Part shown: piece by piece, positions 1 to 9,285 of the stretch
How the letters are laid out: the number at the start of each line of letters is the position of its first letter
Position numbering within the stretch: the stretch's first letter is position 1
From: a bacterium
GTDB lineage: Bacteria > UBA8248 > JACPRG01 > G963555815
Length of the DNA stretch: 64,000 nt
Assembly (NCBI GenBank): GCA_965218795.1
Contig: OZ244653.1
Location: 4,416,001-4,480,000 of the forward strand
Direction of reading: 5' to 3'
Made by a program: the position numbers and the translations under genes
The notes under the pieces: generated by a model
Databases searched by the model: none
What the model was told of the DNA's origin: nothing
The model's input: the letters and a program-made list of their open reading frames with translations, nothing else

Positions 1-17
1 TTTCACCTATTCCTGAC

Positions 18-776
18 GTGTCAGAGCTGCTCAGTGCGCAAGGGATTTGGGCATCCGGTATCGAACTACCCAATCAAATGTCGGGTCTGTTCATGCGCCA
101 CCCTTCGATTGCACTGGCGGTCGTTGTAAACGCGTCCCATCCGCGTGGTCGGAAGCGTTTTTCCTATGCTCATGAGTATGCGCACGCCCTGTTGGACAGA
201 GAGCACAACATAACGATTTCCAGCATTGACAATTCGGCGGAACTTATGGAGAAGCGGGCAAACGCATTTGCCGCGGCCTTTCTTATGCCGAGAGACGGTG
301 TGTATGAGTTTCTGAGAAGCTTGGACAAGGGGCTTCCAAGCCGTCAGGAGCAAACAATCTTTGATGTCGCGAGTGGCGGGCAGATCGAAGCCGAATCTCG
401 TACGGCGCCCCGTTCTCAGCGAATCACCTACAAAGATGTAGCACTCCTTGCACACCATTTCGGCGTAAGCTATCAGGCTGCGCTGTATAGGCTAAAGAGT
501 CTTGGGCACATTTCCCATCCAGAGTCTCACGATCTCCTGGAACAGGACGACTTCGGACGCCAGTATCTGGATATGCTGAGGATGTCCGACGATGTTGAAG
601 TGCAAGAACAGCGGGAATACTGGGATCGTGAACTGCGCAGCGAAATCGCTCATCTTGCTATCGAAGCTTACCGGCGTGAGGAAATTTCCCGTGGACGCCT
701 ACTGGAACTGAGTAAGAGCCTCGGCATTCCGGGAGAAACCCTCCTTGAACTGGCAGAAGTGGCCCGCGGGGAATGA
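18..776 (+). CDS. ImmA/IrrE (DUF955) Zn-metallopeptidase, 5'-truncated by the window edge (probably an XRE-HTH fusion)
   Basis: RFSYAHEYAH (HExxH), E-x-x-ANAFAAAFLMP and 'LAHHFGVSYQAALYRL' motifs; the frame is open to the window start. Confidence 0.88.
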   Translation: MSELLSAQGIWASGIELPNQMSGLFMRHPSIALAVVVNASHPRGRKRFSYAHEYAHALLDREHNITISSIDNSAELMEKRANAFAAAFLMPRDGVYEFLRSLDKGLPSRQEQTIFDVASGGQIEAESRTAPRSQRITYKDVALLAHHFGVSYQAALYRLKSLGHISHPESHDLLEQDDFGRQYLDMLRMSDDVEVQEQREYWDRELRSEIAHLAIEAYRREEISRGRLLELSKSLGIPGETLLELAEVARGE

Positions 777-785
777 GCCGACGGC

Positions 786-1307
786 ATGGTCCATGCGAAC
801 CCATCAATCATAGTTACGGATACTTCCGTTCTTGTGAACTTTCTTCGGATTGATCGAATGGACCTGATTGCCGGCCACTCCCATGACTTTATTGCCACGG
901 ATCACGTTGCCGATGAGATTACGGATCACTATCTCCAGATCAACGAGCGCGCTTTGCGGCCGCGCTGGTATGCCGGCACACTCCAACAGGTCAGTATCAC
1001 AGACCCAACGGAAATGGCATTATTGGGGAGTCTTGCCGCTTTGGGCCGACTGGGTGTGGGTGAGTGTTCCGCAATTGCCTTGGCCGCACATCAGGGACAT
1101 GTCTTGGCCATAGATGACCGAGTTGCTTCAAACCAAGCCCGCCGCGTCAGCCGGAATATCCAAATTCTTACAACCCAGGACCTCATGGTTTCGATGATCC
1201 GCCAAAACTTGTTGGATGTCCCGCAAGCAGATGCGATCAAGGACGAATGGACCAATCACCATCGGTTCCGTCTTACAGTCCAAAGCTTTGCGTATCTGGT
1301 TCCGTGA
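786..1307 (+). CDS. PIN-domain protein (DUF3368-like), putative toxin partner of the ImmA peptidase
   Basis: IIVTDTSVL, LGVGECSAIALA and LAIDDR acidic PIN motifs; starts 9 bp after the immA stop. Confidence 0.8.
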   Translation: MVHANPSIIVTDTSVLVNFLRIDRMDLIAGHSHDFIATDHVADEITDHYLQINERALRPRWYAGTLQQVSITDPTEMALLGSLAALGRLGVGECSAIALAAHQGHVLAIDDRVASNQARRVSRNIQILTTQDLMVSMIRQNLLDVPQADAIKDEWTNHHRFRLTVQSFAYLVP

Positions 1308-1309
1308 AG

Positions 1310-1603
1310 ACAACGGCAGACAGCCTTCGCATCGGCCATTTCCTTCTCCAGCTCCTTCAGCCGTTTCGCCTGATCCAGCTTCAGTCCGCCATACTCCTTC
1401 CGCCAGCGGTAATCAGTCTGGGTGTGGATGCCGGCTTCCTTGCAGGCTTGGGGAGCCGTCTTCCCGTTTGCGATCTGCACTTCGATCTGCCGCAGCAAGG
1501 TCACAATCTGCTCTGCTTTGTACTTTCGGATCGGCATGTCCAGCTTCCTCCTTCGTGAGATCCTCTCTCACTTCCGCTGGTTCAAAAAACGCCGGGCAGG
1601 TCA
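1310..1603 (-). mobile_element. IS3-family remnant: left end plus truncated OrfA
   Basis: OrfA-like MPIRKYKAEQIVTLLRQIEV...YRWRKEYGGLKLDQAKRLKELEKE (ATG 1537); end sequence TGACCTGCCCGGCGTTTTTTGAACCA begins at 1603 on the minus strand; no OrfB. Confidence 0.8.
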
Positions 1604-1914
1604 CCTGCTTAGCCTTCCATGCTCCTCCCGTGGCCGCATCACCACCCCTGGCAATGAGTTGATCATTACCAAGATGATGCCGACCGCTTGAGACCGCCTC
1701 GAGGAAGTCGCAATCAGAATTGGTATACGCATTGACCGACGAGGACAAGGGAGATCCAAGAAACAGCATGCACCACATGAAAAATAAATCTGTCCCCTTT
1801 TCTGTTTCCATCCGTGGTAAAATAGGATGCTTTGACGTTTCATGAGGGCAGCAGGATGGCAAAAAATGGTCATCTGGGAAATCCCAGTGAAATGGTTTCT
1901 TGGAGGGGAGAACG

Positions 1915-2901
1915 ATGAAATGTTTGGCAATTGCAACGGTCTGGGCCCTCGTCCTGGGATGGACGGCGACGCAGATCTCGGCGGCGGATAAGGTGCTCTT
2001 CGTTCTGGACTGGGTCCAATATGGTTCTCACGTCGGCTATTACAACGCCCTGGAGGGGGGATTCTTCAAGAAGGCCGGGATGGACGTCACGATCCAGCGG
2101 GGCTACGGCTCGGGGGATACGATTAAGCGGATAGGGTCGAGGAAGGGCGACTTTGGATTTGCTGATGCCGGGACCCTGGTGGTCGCCCGCAGCAGGGGCA
2201 CGAAGGTCAAGAGCATTGGCGTCCTGTACAACCTGGCCCCTCACACGGCCTTCGCCCTGAAGAGTTCGGGGATCAGAACCGTAAAGGACCTCTCTGGAAG
2301 GCGTTATGGCGATGATGCGGGTGGGTCCACCTTCATCCTCTTTCCCGCGTTGGCGGCGCTCCATGGCGTGAAAGATACGAAGTTCACGAACCTCGCTCCC
2401 GCCGCCAAGGATCCCGCCCTGCTCGCCAAAAAGGTGGATTTCACCTGTACGTATTTGGACCGCCTCCCCAGCTTGCAGGCCGCAGCGGCGACGATAAACG
2501 ACGAGATCGTCGCGCTACAGTGGGCCGCCAACGGGCTGGATTTCCATGGAAACGGCATCATCGTCCACGACGACACTATCCGGGACAAACCGGATCTGGT
2601 GGGCCGCTTCGTTAACGCGGTGTTCAAGGGAGTGGCCGAGGCCATCAGGAACCGCGATCTGGCCGTCCAGAGGTTCGTGAAAAACTTCCCGGTCGCGGAT
2701 CCCAGCATGATTAACAAGCAGTGGGGGGTCCTCATTTCCCTGGCCTATAGCGACGAGACAAAGAAGATCGGTCTGGGCGGGCTGAGCGAGAAGAAGATGA
2801 ACGGGACCATCGATCTGATCACCAAGTACATGAAACTGCCGTCCAGGGCGCGTGTGACCGACATTTACGCGCCTCAATTCTTGAAGAAGATCCTTCCCTG
2901 A
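1915..2901 (+). CDS. ABC substrate-binding protein, NMT1/THI5 (SsuA-like) family
   Basis: Signal peptide; LDW...H..YY.A...GFF..AG.DV.I.RG.GS motif; GGAGGGGAG RBS before ATG 1915. Confidence 0.88.
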   Translation: MKCLAIATVWALVLGWTATQISAADKVLFVLDWVQYGSHVGYYNALEGGFFKKAGMDVTIQRGYGSGDTIKRIGSRKGDFGFADAGTLVVARSRGTKVKSIGVLYNLAPHTAFALKSSGIRTVKDLSGRRYGDDAGGSTFILFPALAALHGVKDTKFTNLAPAAKDPALLAKKVDFTCTYLDRLPSLQAAAATINDEIVALQWAANGLDFHGNGIIVHDDTIRDKPDLVGRFVNAVFKGVAEAIRNRDLAVQRFVKNFPVADPSMINKQWGVLISLAYSDETKKIGLGGLSEKKMNGTIDLITKYMKLPSRARVTDIYAPQFLKKILP

Positions 2902-3009
2902 GGGGGGCGCGGAGGGGATCCAAAGGGGGCGTTCCGGGGACCGAAGTCGAGCGGATCGAGGTTCAGCTCGCGGGCGATGGAAGACCTGCTCTTTTGAACT
3001 GGAATTCCC

Positions 3010-3197
3010 GGCTTTGTTGCAACGCGAATTGCAGTGACGCGCTCATACACTTGCCAGTTGCGGACCCGATAAGATTTTTTTGTATACTTGTACTGGCTGC
3101 GTTTTGATAGTGGTGTAGCATGGTACTTTCGTCTCCGCCTAACGGGGGCTGCGATCATATACATCGCAATCCTCCAACCCGAGCATGCACCAAAGCC
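3010..3197 (-). mobile_element. Internally deleted IS5-family (IS903-group) element / MITE
   Basis: Inverted ends GGCTTTGTTGCA (3010-3021) and TGCACCAAAGCC (3186-3197); internal minus-strand stub KYTKKSYRVRNWQVYE resembles IS903-group transposase N-termini. Confidence 0.72.
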
Positions 3198-3203
3198 CTA
3201 GAC

Positions 3204-3265
3204 TGGATTTGACCCGTTTTGATGGACACCTTCAGACTGTGCAGAGGAGGTGTTCCCATGGCTCA
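3204..3265 (+). mobile_element. Possible IS3-family left-end stub
   Basis: TGGATTTGACCCGTTTTGATGGACACC followed by a GAGGAGG RBS and ATG 3258, with no transposase downstream. Confidence 0.4.
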
Positions 3266-3940
3266 GATGTTGATTCAGCTCACGATGAGGTGCCTACGGC
3301 TGCGCCAGAATACAGTGACGACGGGCGGAAGGTGAGAGGACGAACGGGAAGAAACGGAGCATCCAGGCCGGAGAGGCTCTGGTTACGATATCCGCGTCTT
3401 GGATATGGATTGCCGGTGAGCGCCCCGGTCAGAAGATCATCGCCACTATGGTCAACTGCGCCGAGGGCGCGAATCCGTCACCGTCATGGGCCTGGACCGG
3501 TGGTTCCTGAATGAACATTGCAGGGTACGGAAGTGTAACCGTAAGCGAGTTGTTGCGGCTCGGACTTTGGAAGAGGGCTACACAACGGTCCGCCAGGGAC
3601 TCGCCGAGATGCGCAGGAGTTTTAATGAATCCGCTTTCGTTTTGATTACGAGCTACGCAATGTAAGTTCCGAGCACGAGCAAGAATAATCTCTATAATTC
3701 AATAAAATCAATATGATATTGGGGTTCCACAGTCGATGTAAACAGAGCGATACACCTACCCGAACGGATGATATCTTGTAAAGGGAAAGGGGGGCCCCGG
3801 ATGCCTGCCCTCGAATGTCTTAGTCGAGGGACAGAGAGGGAGGATATCCATGACAACGGCAGACGGGCATGACCTTGGATTTCAAAGGGCCGCCGGCGGC
3901 TGGTCCTTGAATCATTCACCGAAGACCGGGGGCGAGCGAA

Positions 3941-4582
3941 ATGGCTGAAGGAACCCACGAAGAGGCGCAAGCCATATATGAAAAAGCCGGTATCACCGGC
4001 AAGGTTGGTTTCGGACGAAAGGCAGCCGTCGTGGTTGTCGATTTAAGCTTCGGTTTCACCGACCCGGAGTGCACCCTCGGGACGGATCTGACCCAGGTGG
4101 TCATGCAGAACCGGCGCCTTCTGGAAGCCGCGCGGGAGAAAGACCTCCCTATCTTTTTTACGACAGTGGCCTACCGGGGGGACATGAGCGATGCAGGCGT
4201 GTGGGCCGAAAAGTTTCCATCATTGGATACGCTGAAAGAGGGCAATCGGGACGTGGAGCTGGATGACCGGCTGGGCCGTTTGCCCTCTGAAACCCTGATC
4301 GTCAAGAAATATCCTTCGGCCTTTTTCGGCACGCCCCTCGCGAGCGAGTTGATCACACGGGGGGTGGATACCCTGATCGTCACCGGAGCGACAACGAGCG
4401 GGTGCGTCCGGGCCACGGCGGTGGATTCGCTCCAGTACGGATTTCGGACGATCCTGCCGGAAGAATGCATCGGAGACAGGGCCGAAGCCCCGCACCGTTC
4501 GAATCTGTTTGACATGGGGACGAAGTACGCCGATGTGATGTCCGCGGATGAAGTGATCGAGACAATCCAGGCGTTGTACTAG
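3941..4582 (+). CDS. Isochorismatase-family cysteine hydrolase (N-carbamoylsarcosine/maleamate amidohydrolase-like)
   Basis: VVVD, KKYPSAFFGT and GATTSGCVRATAVD catalytic motifs. Confidence 0.9.
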   Translation: MAEGTHEEAQAIYEKAGITGKVGFGRKAAVVVVDLSFGFTDPECTLGTDLTQVVMQNRRLLEAAREKDLPIFFTTVAYRGDMSDAGVWAEKFPSLDTLKEGNRDVELDDRLGRLPSETLIVKKYPSAFFGTPLASELITRGVDTLIVTGATTSGCVRATAVDSLQYGFRTILPEECIGDRAEAPHRSNLFDMGTKYADVMSADEVIETIQALY

Positions 4583-5745
4583 ATCTTCCTCCGAAACGCG
4601 CCTGCGTAGCCCGTCATTTCCACGTAGCCTTTCCCTTGGACCGGGCGCCCCTCTGCCTCGCCCCGGACCCTGACCGCTCCCTCCCAGTAGTTGACCTTCG
4701 TGCTCTTCCCGGTGGTGAGCTCCTGGGCTGAGAAGACGGGTTCCACCCGGAATGTCGCACGCCGGGATGGAATGTGGATCTTCCAGCGGATGGGATAGAT
4801 CCCCTTGGAATTCGGGCTTTTCCATTTCTTGAGCACCTCAATCCGGAAATCCTCCCGTTTCAAATGGCGGGTTGTTCCATCCGTATCGATCCACGACCCG
4901 CTCGAAAAGCGGTCAGCCGTGCCGTCCTGTTTCCGCATGATGTAAAGCATCACCTCCCGGCCGCCATCGAGTTGAATGCTGAACCAGTCCCATCCGACTT
5001 GGTCTTTCCCCAATTGGCTCGAGCCGAACTCGTGGTCCATCCAGGCGGTTCCCTGAACCCGATGGTTCCTGGCGGCGGGCCCATGCCCGACCCTGAGCGT
5101 TCCCGAGACCTCCATTCGGGTCAGGGAAATGTAATGCGACGCCTGGGGCCGGGCGCGGCCTTTGCGGCTTGTCCCGTCCGTGCCGTGGATGACCGGGGGC
5201 TTTAACGGACGCGCGATCAGATCGATTCCGTAGCGCAGACCCGGGGCCTGAAGACGGTGGGGGGCGTCCGTTCCGCGCTCCACGGCTTCGGACCGCCAGT
5301 CTTTGATCCAAACCCGGTACCGCTCCGAATTCGCCCCTGCTTCACCCAGGGCCCCCCGGCTCACCCGCTCCTCGAAATCGAACTTGCGCCGTTCAAAGTC
5401 AGAGATTGCGAAGTGCGCGAAGTAGATGTCTCGCACCGCCCAACGGGATGTAGATCGCTCGTCCCCGCCCGGTTGGGGAGGGCGGAGGGCGCTCCTGAAA
5501 AATGTCCACTGGAAGCCGAAGCTCTCGCCCGACTCGGACCGCAGATGGCCGGTGTAGTACCACCACTCGGTCTTGTAGCCGGGGTGCGAGGCGTGATCCC
5601 GCGGGAACCGGTAGGCATATCCGGGTCGGGCGATGAGAAACCCATCCGGAGTTTTCTCAAGGCTTTGGCCGGGGGATTCGGTTCCGGCGCAGAGCCAAAC
5701 GGAGGCAGCGGTCCACAGAATCAGAAATTGGATGGGTCTACTCAA
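4579..5745 (-). CDS. AttH-like secreted lipocalin / carotenoid-1,2-hydratase-fold protein
   Basis: FPRDHASHP..TEWWYYTG, WMDHEF, GWDWFS, YWEG and GYVEMTGY motifs; signal peptide. Confidence 0.88.
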   Translation of the reverse strand: MSRPIQFLILWTAASVWLCAGTESPGQSLEKTPDGFLIARPGYAYRFPRDHASHPGYKTEWWYYTGHLRSESGESFGFQWTFFRSALRPPQPGGDERSTSRWAVRDIYFAHFAISDFERRKFDFEERVSRGALGEAGANSERYRVWIKDWRSEAVERGTDAPHRLQAPGLRYGIDLIARPLKPPVIHGTDGTSRKGRARPQASHYISLTRMEVSGTLRVGHGPAARNHRVQGTAWMDHEFGSSQLGKDQVGWDWFSIQLDGGREVMLYIMRKQDGTADRFSSGSWIDTDGTTRHLKREDFRIEVLKKWKSPNSKGIYPIRWKIHIPSRRATFRVEPVFSAQELTTGKSTKVNYWEGAVRVRGEAEGRPVQGKGYVEMTGYAGAFRRKI

Positions 5746-8389
5746 ACCGGAGGGCCTCCTGGATATCGATCTTCGCCGCGATTCGCGCCGGCCAGAGGGC
5801 GGCCAGGACCGCAGCGGAGAACGTCAGCAGGAAATAGCCCCCCAGCCAGGCCGGAGGCCAGTGGGGGTGGATTGTCCAGCCGAAGGATTGCTTGTTGATG
5901 ACGAAAATCAGAATCCATGCCAGGATCCCGCCGCCGGCGAGACCTTGGAGATTGGCCAAAGCGGCCATGGCTGCGGCTTCGCCCATCACCCATCGCGAGA
6001 TCTGACGCCGGTCAAAGCCAATCGCGCGGAGCAGGCCGATCTCGCGCGTTCGCTCGAAGACATTCGCCAGCAGGGCTTTCAAGAACCCCAGTACAGCGAC
6101 TACCATTGCGATGGCCTCGAGCGCGTAAGTGATGGCAAACGTTTGATCGAAGATGTTGAGGATGTGGCGGCGGAGGCGGCGGTTTTCGAAAACGGTCACG
6201 CCGTCCCGATATCCAATCGAACCGGCAAGGGTCTCCTGAACGAGGCCGGGACTTTCGCCCGGATTGATGTAGACCGCCAGCGTGCTGATGCGATCGTCGT
6301 TCCACATCCGGCGATAGAGCGACCGATCCATGATGACCAGCCCGCCATCGGTCGAGTAATCGTAGAAAATGCCGGCGATCCGGAAGATGCGGGGCCCCTG
6401 GGCCGTACGGAGGGTGATGGGATCGCCGGTCCCCAGGCCAAAGCGGGTGGAGAAGACCTCGGAAACAAGGACCTCTTTTTTGTCAATGGCGCGGTCCAAA
6501 ATGGACCGCCGGTCGCCCGAGAGGAATCTCAGACCCCCATGGTCGCGCACGACCCGCAGGTTTCCGGCGCCCAGGCGGACGCGCGAATCCTGATATGCGA
6601 TCCGGCGGGAGCGGAAGGCGCCGACAGCCAGGACTCCGGCGGTTCGGCCGGCCATCCGGTCGATTCCTTCCGGGAGCACGGCGTTCAGGTTCCCGACGAA
6701 ACGGACAGCGGGGCTGACGTACAGATCCGCCCGAAGGCGCTGACCAATCCAGGATTCCATCGTGGATCGGAAGCTGGCCACCATGAGGGACACGCTGACC
6801 ACCATGGCCATGGCAATGGCCAGGGAGGCGATAGCGACGCTGTTCTTTCCAGAAGACCGCTTCAGATCCACGAGCATGGCCGATGCGCTCCGGCTTCGCC
6901 TTGAGAACCTCCGGTAGATCGATGAAAAGATCCGGACGCTCAACGGAGTCAGAAGCGCAAACCCGAGGACGAACGCCAGGGCGGCGAGATATCCAAACAG
7001 CGGAATTCCGGAAACCGGCTCCATCCGCGTCATCACGCCGCCAAACCCCAACAGGACAAGGCCGGGAAGCGTGGTGTATCGCGCGGGCATGTGCCGGTCG
7101 GCGATCAGGTCTTTCCGCTGGAGGGACTCCCGCACGCTCATCTTCACAGCCGTTGCGGCCGGCAGGAAGGAGGAGAGCAGGGCGCATCCGGTCCCCGCCC
7201 CGACAGCGATCAGGATCTCCACGGGTGTCAGCCGGAGTTGCGCCCCACCGACCGGGACGTAGAGATTCCCGACGGTTTCGCCGACCGCATCCAAGGCCCC
7301 GCGGCCCATCAGCGTTCCCAGCAGGATCCCCAGGCCCGAGCCGAGGACTCCCAACATCGCCCCCTCCGTCAGCACGAGACCAAAAATGCCTCGGGGCGCC
7401 GCGCCCAGGGATCGGAGGACTCCCCAGGCGTGCCGCCGTCGAATCACGTTCATGCTCATGGTGTTGTAAATGATAAAGATTCCGACGAGCAACGCGATGT
7501 AGCTCAGGATCGTCAGGTTCAGCTGAAACGCCGACATCAGCTGCTCCGACTGGCGGCTGCGACGCTGCGGACGGTCCACCGTGAGGTCTCCGGGAAGAAC
7601 GGCCCGGATCCTTTCGGCCAAGGTGTCGAGCGACTGGCCTTCCTCGGGCAGAATATCGATGCGGTCCAATTCTCCGATTCGCCCGAAGGTTTCCTGCGCG
7701 GCGGCGATGTCCATCAAGGCCACCTGCCCGTCAAGGGCCGAAGCCGGGGAGGCGCTTCCGCCGCCCGCGGAGCGAAGAAGACCCTCGACGGTCAATGTCC
7801 GCCGGCGCCCGGGGCCGAGCACGACCAACGGATCTCCACGCTTCAAGCCGTGCCGCCGGGCGAATCGGTCGGTCACGAATATGGCTGTTGGCGAAAGGAG
7901 CCGCTGCAGGACTTTCTCTATCGAGGGGGATGGGTCTGCCGGGTCTGCAGAGAACATGTAATCGCGGAACGTCTGTTCAGAGAGGATATCGATTCCCAGA
8001 ACCAGCAGCGGCGCGCCGGGTGGAGCGCCGGGGCCCGGTCCGTCTTGTCCCTTCCCGGCCGTCTTCCGGGTCTCGGTCCCTGTCGGAAAGGCGGCGGCCA
8101 TGACCTGGAGAATCGGGCTGGCCAGGCGGACGCCCTGGACCTCTCGAACCTTGGGGAAGAACCCTTCGTCCAATGGCTCCCCGAACGCCGTCACCTGCAA
8201 TGCGGCGCGTCCGGCCACCGCATCGAAGGAAGCCCGAAAGCCGGCGATCGCGCCCTGGTTGGCCAGGCGAATGGCCAGGAAAGCGCCCACACCGATTGCA
8301 ACCCCGGCCACCGTCAGGACGGTCCTCGCGGGGTATTGACGGAAAGAGCGAAGGCTCATTCGCCTGATGAGAAATCCGCCGGAACTCAA
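5738..8389 (-). CDS. FtsX/MacB-type ABC permease (AttFG-like, duplicated)
   Basis: Two 'R..E.G.LR..G' FtsX-like motifs, multiple TM helices; overlaps both neighbours. Confidence 0.88.
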   Translation of the reverse strand: MSSGGFLIRRMSLRSFRQYPARTVLTVAGVAIGVGAFLAIRLANQGAIAGFRASFDAVAGRAALQVTAFGEPLDEGFFPKVREVQGVRLASPILQVMAAAFPTGTETRKTAGKGQDGPGPGAPPGAPLLVLGIDILSEQTFRDYMFSADPADPSPSIEKVLQRLLSPTAIFVTDRFARRHGLKRGDPLVVLGPGRRRTLTVEGLLRSAGGGSASPASALDGQVALMDIAAAQETFGRIGELDRIDILPEEGQSLDTLAERIRAVLPGDLTVDRPQRRSRQSEQLMSAFQLNLTILSYIALLVGIFIIYNTMSMNVIRRRHAWGVLRSLGAAPRGIFGLVLTEGAMLGVLGSGLGILLGTLMGRGALDAVGETVGNLYVPVGGAQLRLTPVEILIAVGAGTGCALLSSFLPAATAVKMSVRESLQRKDLIADRHMPARYTTLPGLVLLGFGGVMTRMEPVSGIPLFGYLAALAFVLGFALLTPLSVRIFSSIYRRFSRRSRSASAMLVDLKRSSGKNSVAIASLAIAMAMVVSVSLMVASFRSTMESWIGQRLRADLYVSPAVRFVGNLNAVLPEGIDRMAGRTAGVLAVGAFRSRRIAYQDSRVRLGAGNLRVVRDHGGLRFLSGDRRSILDRAIDKKEVLVSEVFSTRFGLGTGDPITLRTAQGPRIFRIAGIFYDYSTDGGLVIMDRSLYRRMWNDDRISTLAVYINPGESPGLVQETLAGSIGYRDGVTVFENRRLRRHILNIFDQTFAITYALEAIAMVVAVLGFLKALLANVFERTREIGLLRAIGFDRRQISRWVMGEAAAMAALANLQGLAGGGILAWILIFVINKQSFGWTIHPHWPPAWLGGYFLLTFSAAVLAALWPARIAAKIDIQEALRFE

Positions 8390-9156
8390 GAAAGCGCCTT
8401 TCCCGCGCCCGGCTTTTCATTCACGGCGAGGGGGGATTCATCCTCCACCACCGTTCCATCGCGGAGGTGTATGGTCCGGTCAGCCTGGGCGGCGACTTCC
8501 GCGCTGTGAGTCGCCAGCAGGACCGTCAGGGCGCTGTCTTTCGTGAGGGATCGGATGTAGGTCATCAGCTCGTCGCCCGTTTGGGTATCCAGGTTGCCGG
8601 TGGGCTCGTCCGCCAGCAGCAGTTTGGGTTCGTGGACGACGGCTCGCGCCAGGGCGACCCTCTGCAACTCCCCGCCCGAAAGCTCTGATGGCAGATGATC
8701 CGCCCGGTGGGTCATTTTGGCGCGCTCCAGCATCTGGCGGGCCTTTCGCGCGGCCTCAGCCGATGGATCACCCTTCAGGATGAGCGGAAGGATCACATTT
8801 TCATGGGCGGTGAGGGTGGGGAGAAGATGAAAGAATTGATAGATGACGCCGAGGTCCTCTCGACGGGTGCGGATCAGCGCGGTCTCGGTCGCGGAGGAGA
8901 TGCAGGCGTCCCCAATATGGATCTCGCCGCTCGTCGGCCGATCGATCCCCGCCACCAGGTTCAGAAGCGTGCTCTTTCCGCAGCCGCTGGGCCCCATCAG
9001 TGCGGCGAATTCACCTTGGGTGACTGAAACCGTGATATTCCGGAGGACCTGAATGCTGAGGGGAGAATCCTCCCGGCTCCCTGCATGGCGCGGAATCCCG
9101 TAGTCCTTTGAGACCCGGTCCAGACGGAGCCATTCTGTCGAATTCCTTCTGTTCAC
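8386..9156 (-). CDS. ABC ATP-binding protein (LolD/MacB-like, AttE-like)
   Basis: GPSGCGKS, LSGGELQRV, LLADEPTGNLD. Confidence 0.93.
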   Translation of the reverse strand: MNRRNSTEWLRLDRVSKDYGIPRHAGSREDSPLSIQVLRNITVSVTQGEFAALMGPSGCGKSTLLNLVAGIDRPTSGEIHIGDACISSATETALIRTRREDLGVIYQFFHLLPTLTAHENVILPLILKGDPSAEAARKARQMLERAKMTHRADHLPSELSGGELQRVALARAVVHEPKLLLADEPTGNLDTQTGDELMTYIRSLTKDSALTVLLATHSAEVAAQADRTIHLRDGTVVEDESPLAVNEKPGAGKALS

Positions 9157-9285
9157 CGGTCTCTCCGGCAGAGGCCCAAGCCCGGGTCCGCATCGGGATC
9201 TACGGAAGAAGATGCCTGTTGAGGGTATTTGGGGGAAAGATGCGGGGTCGGCAAGCCCCGATGCCGATCCAGATTCACCAAGGGA

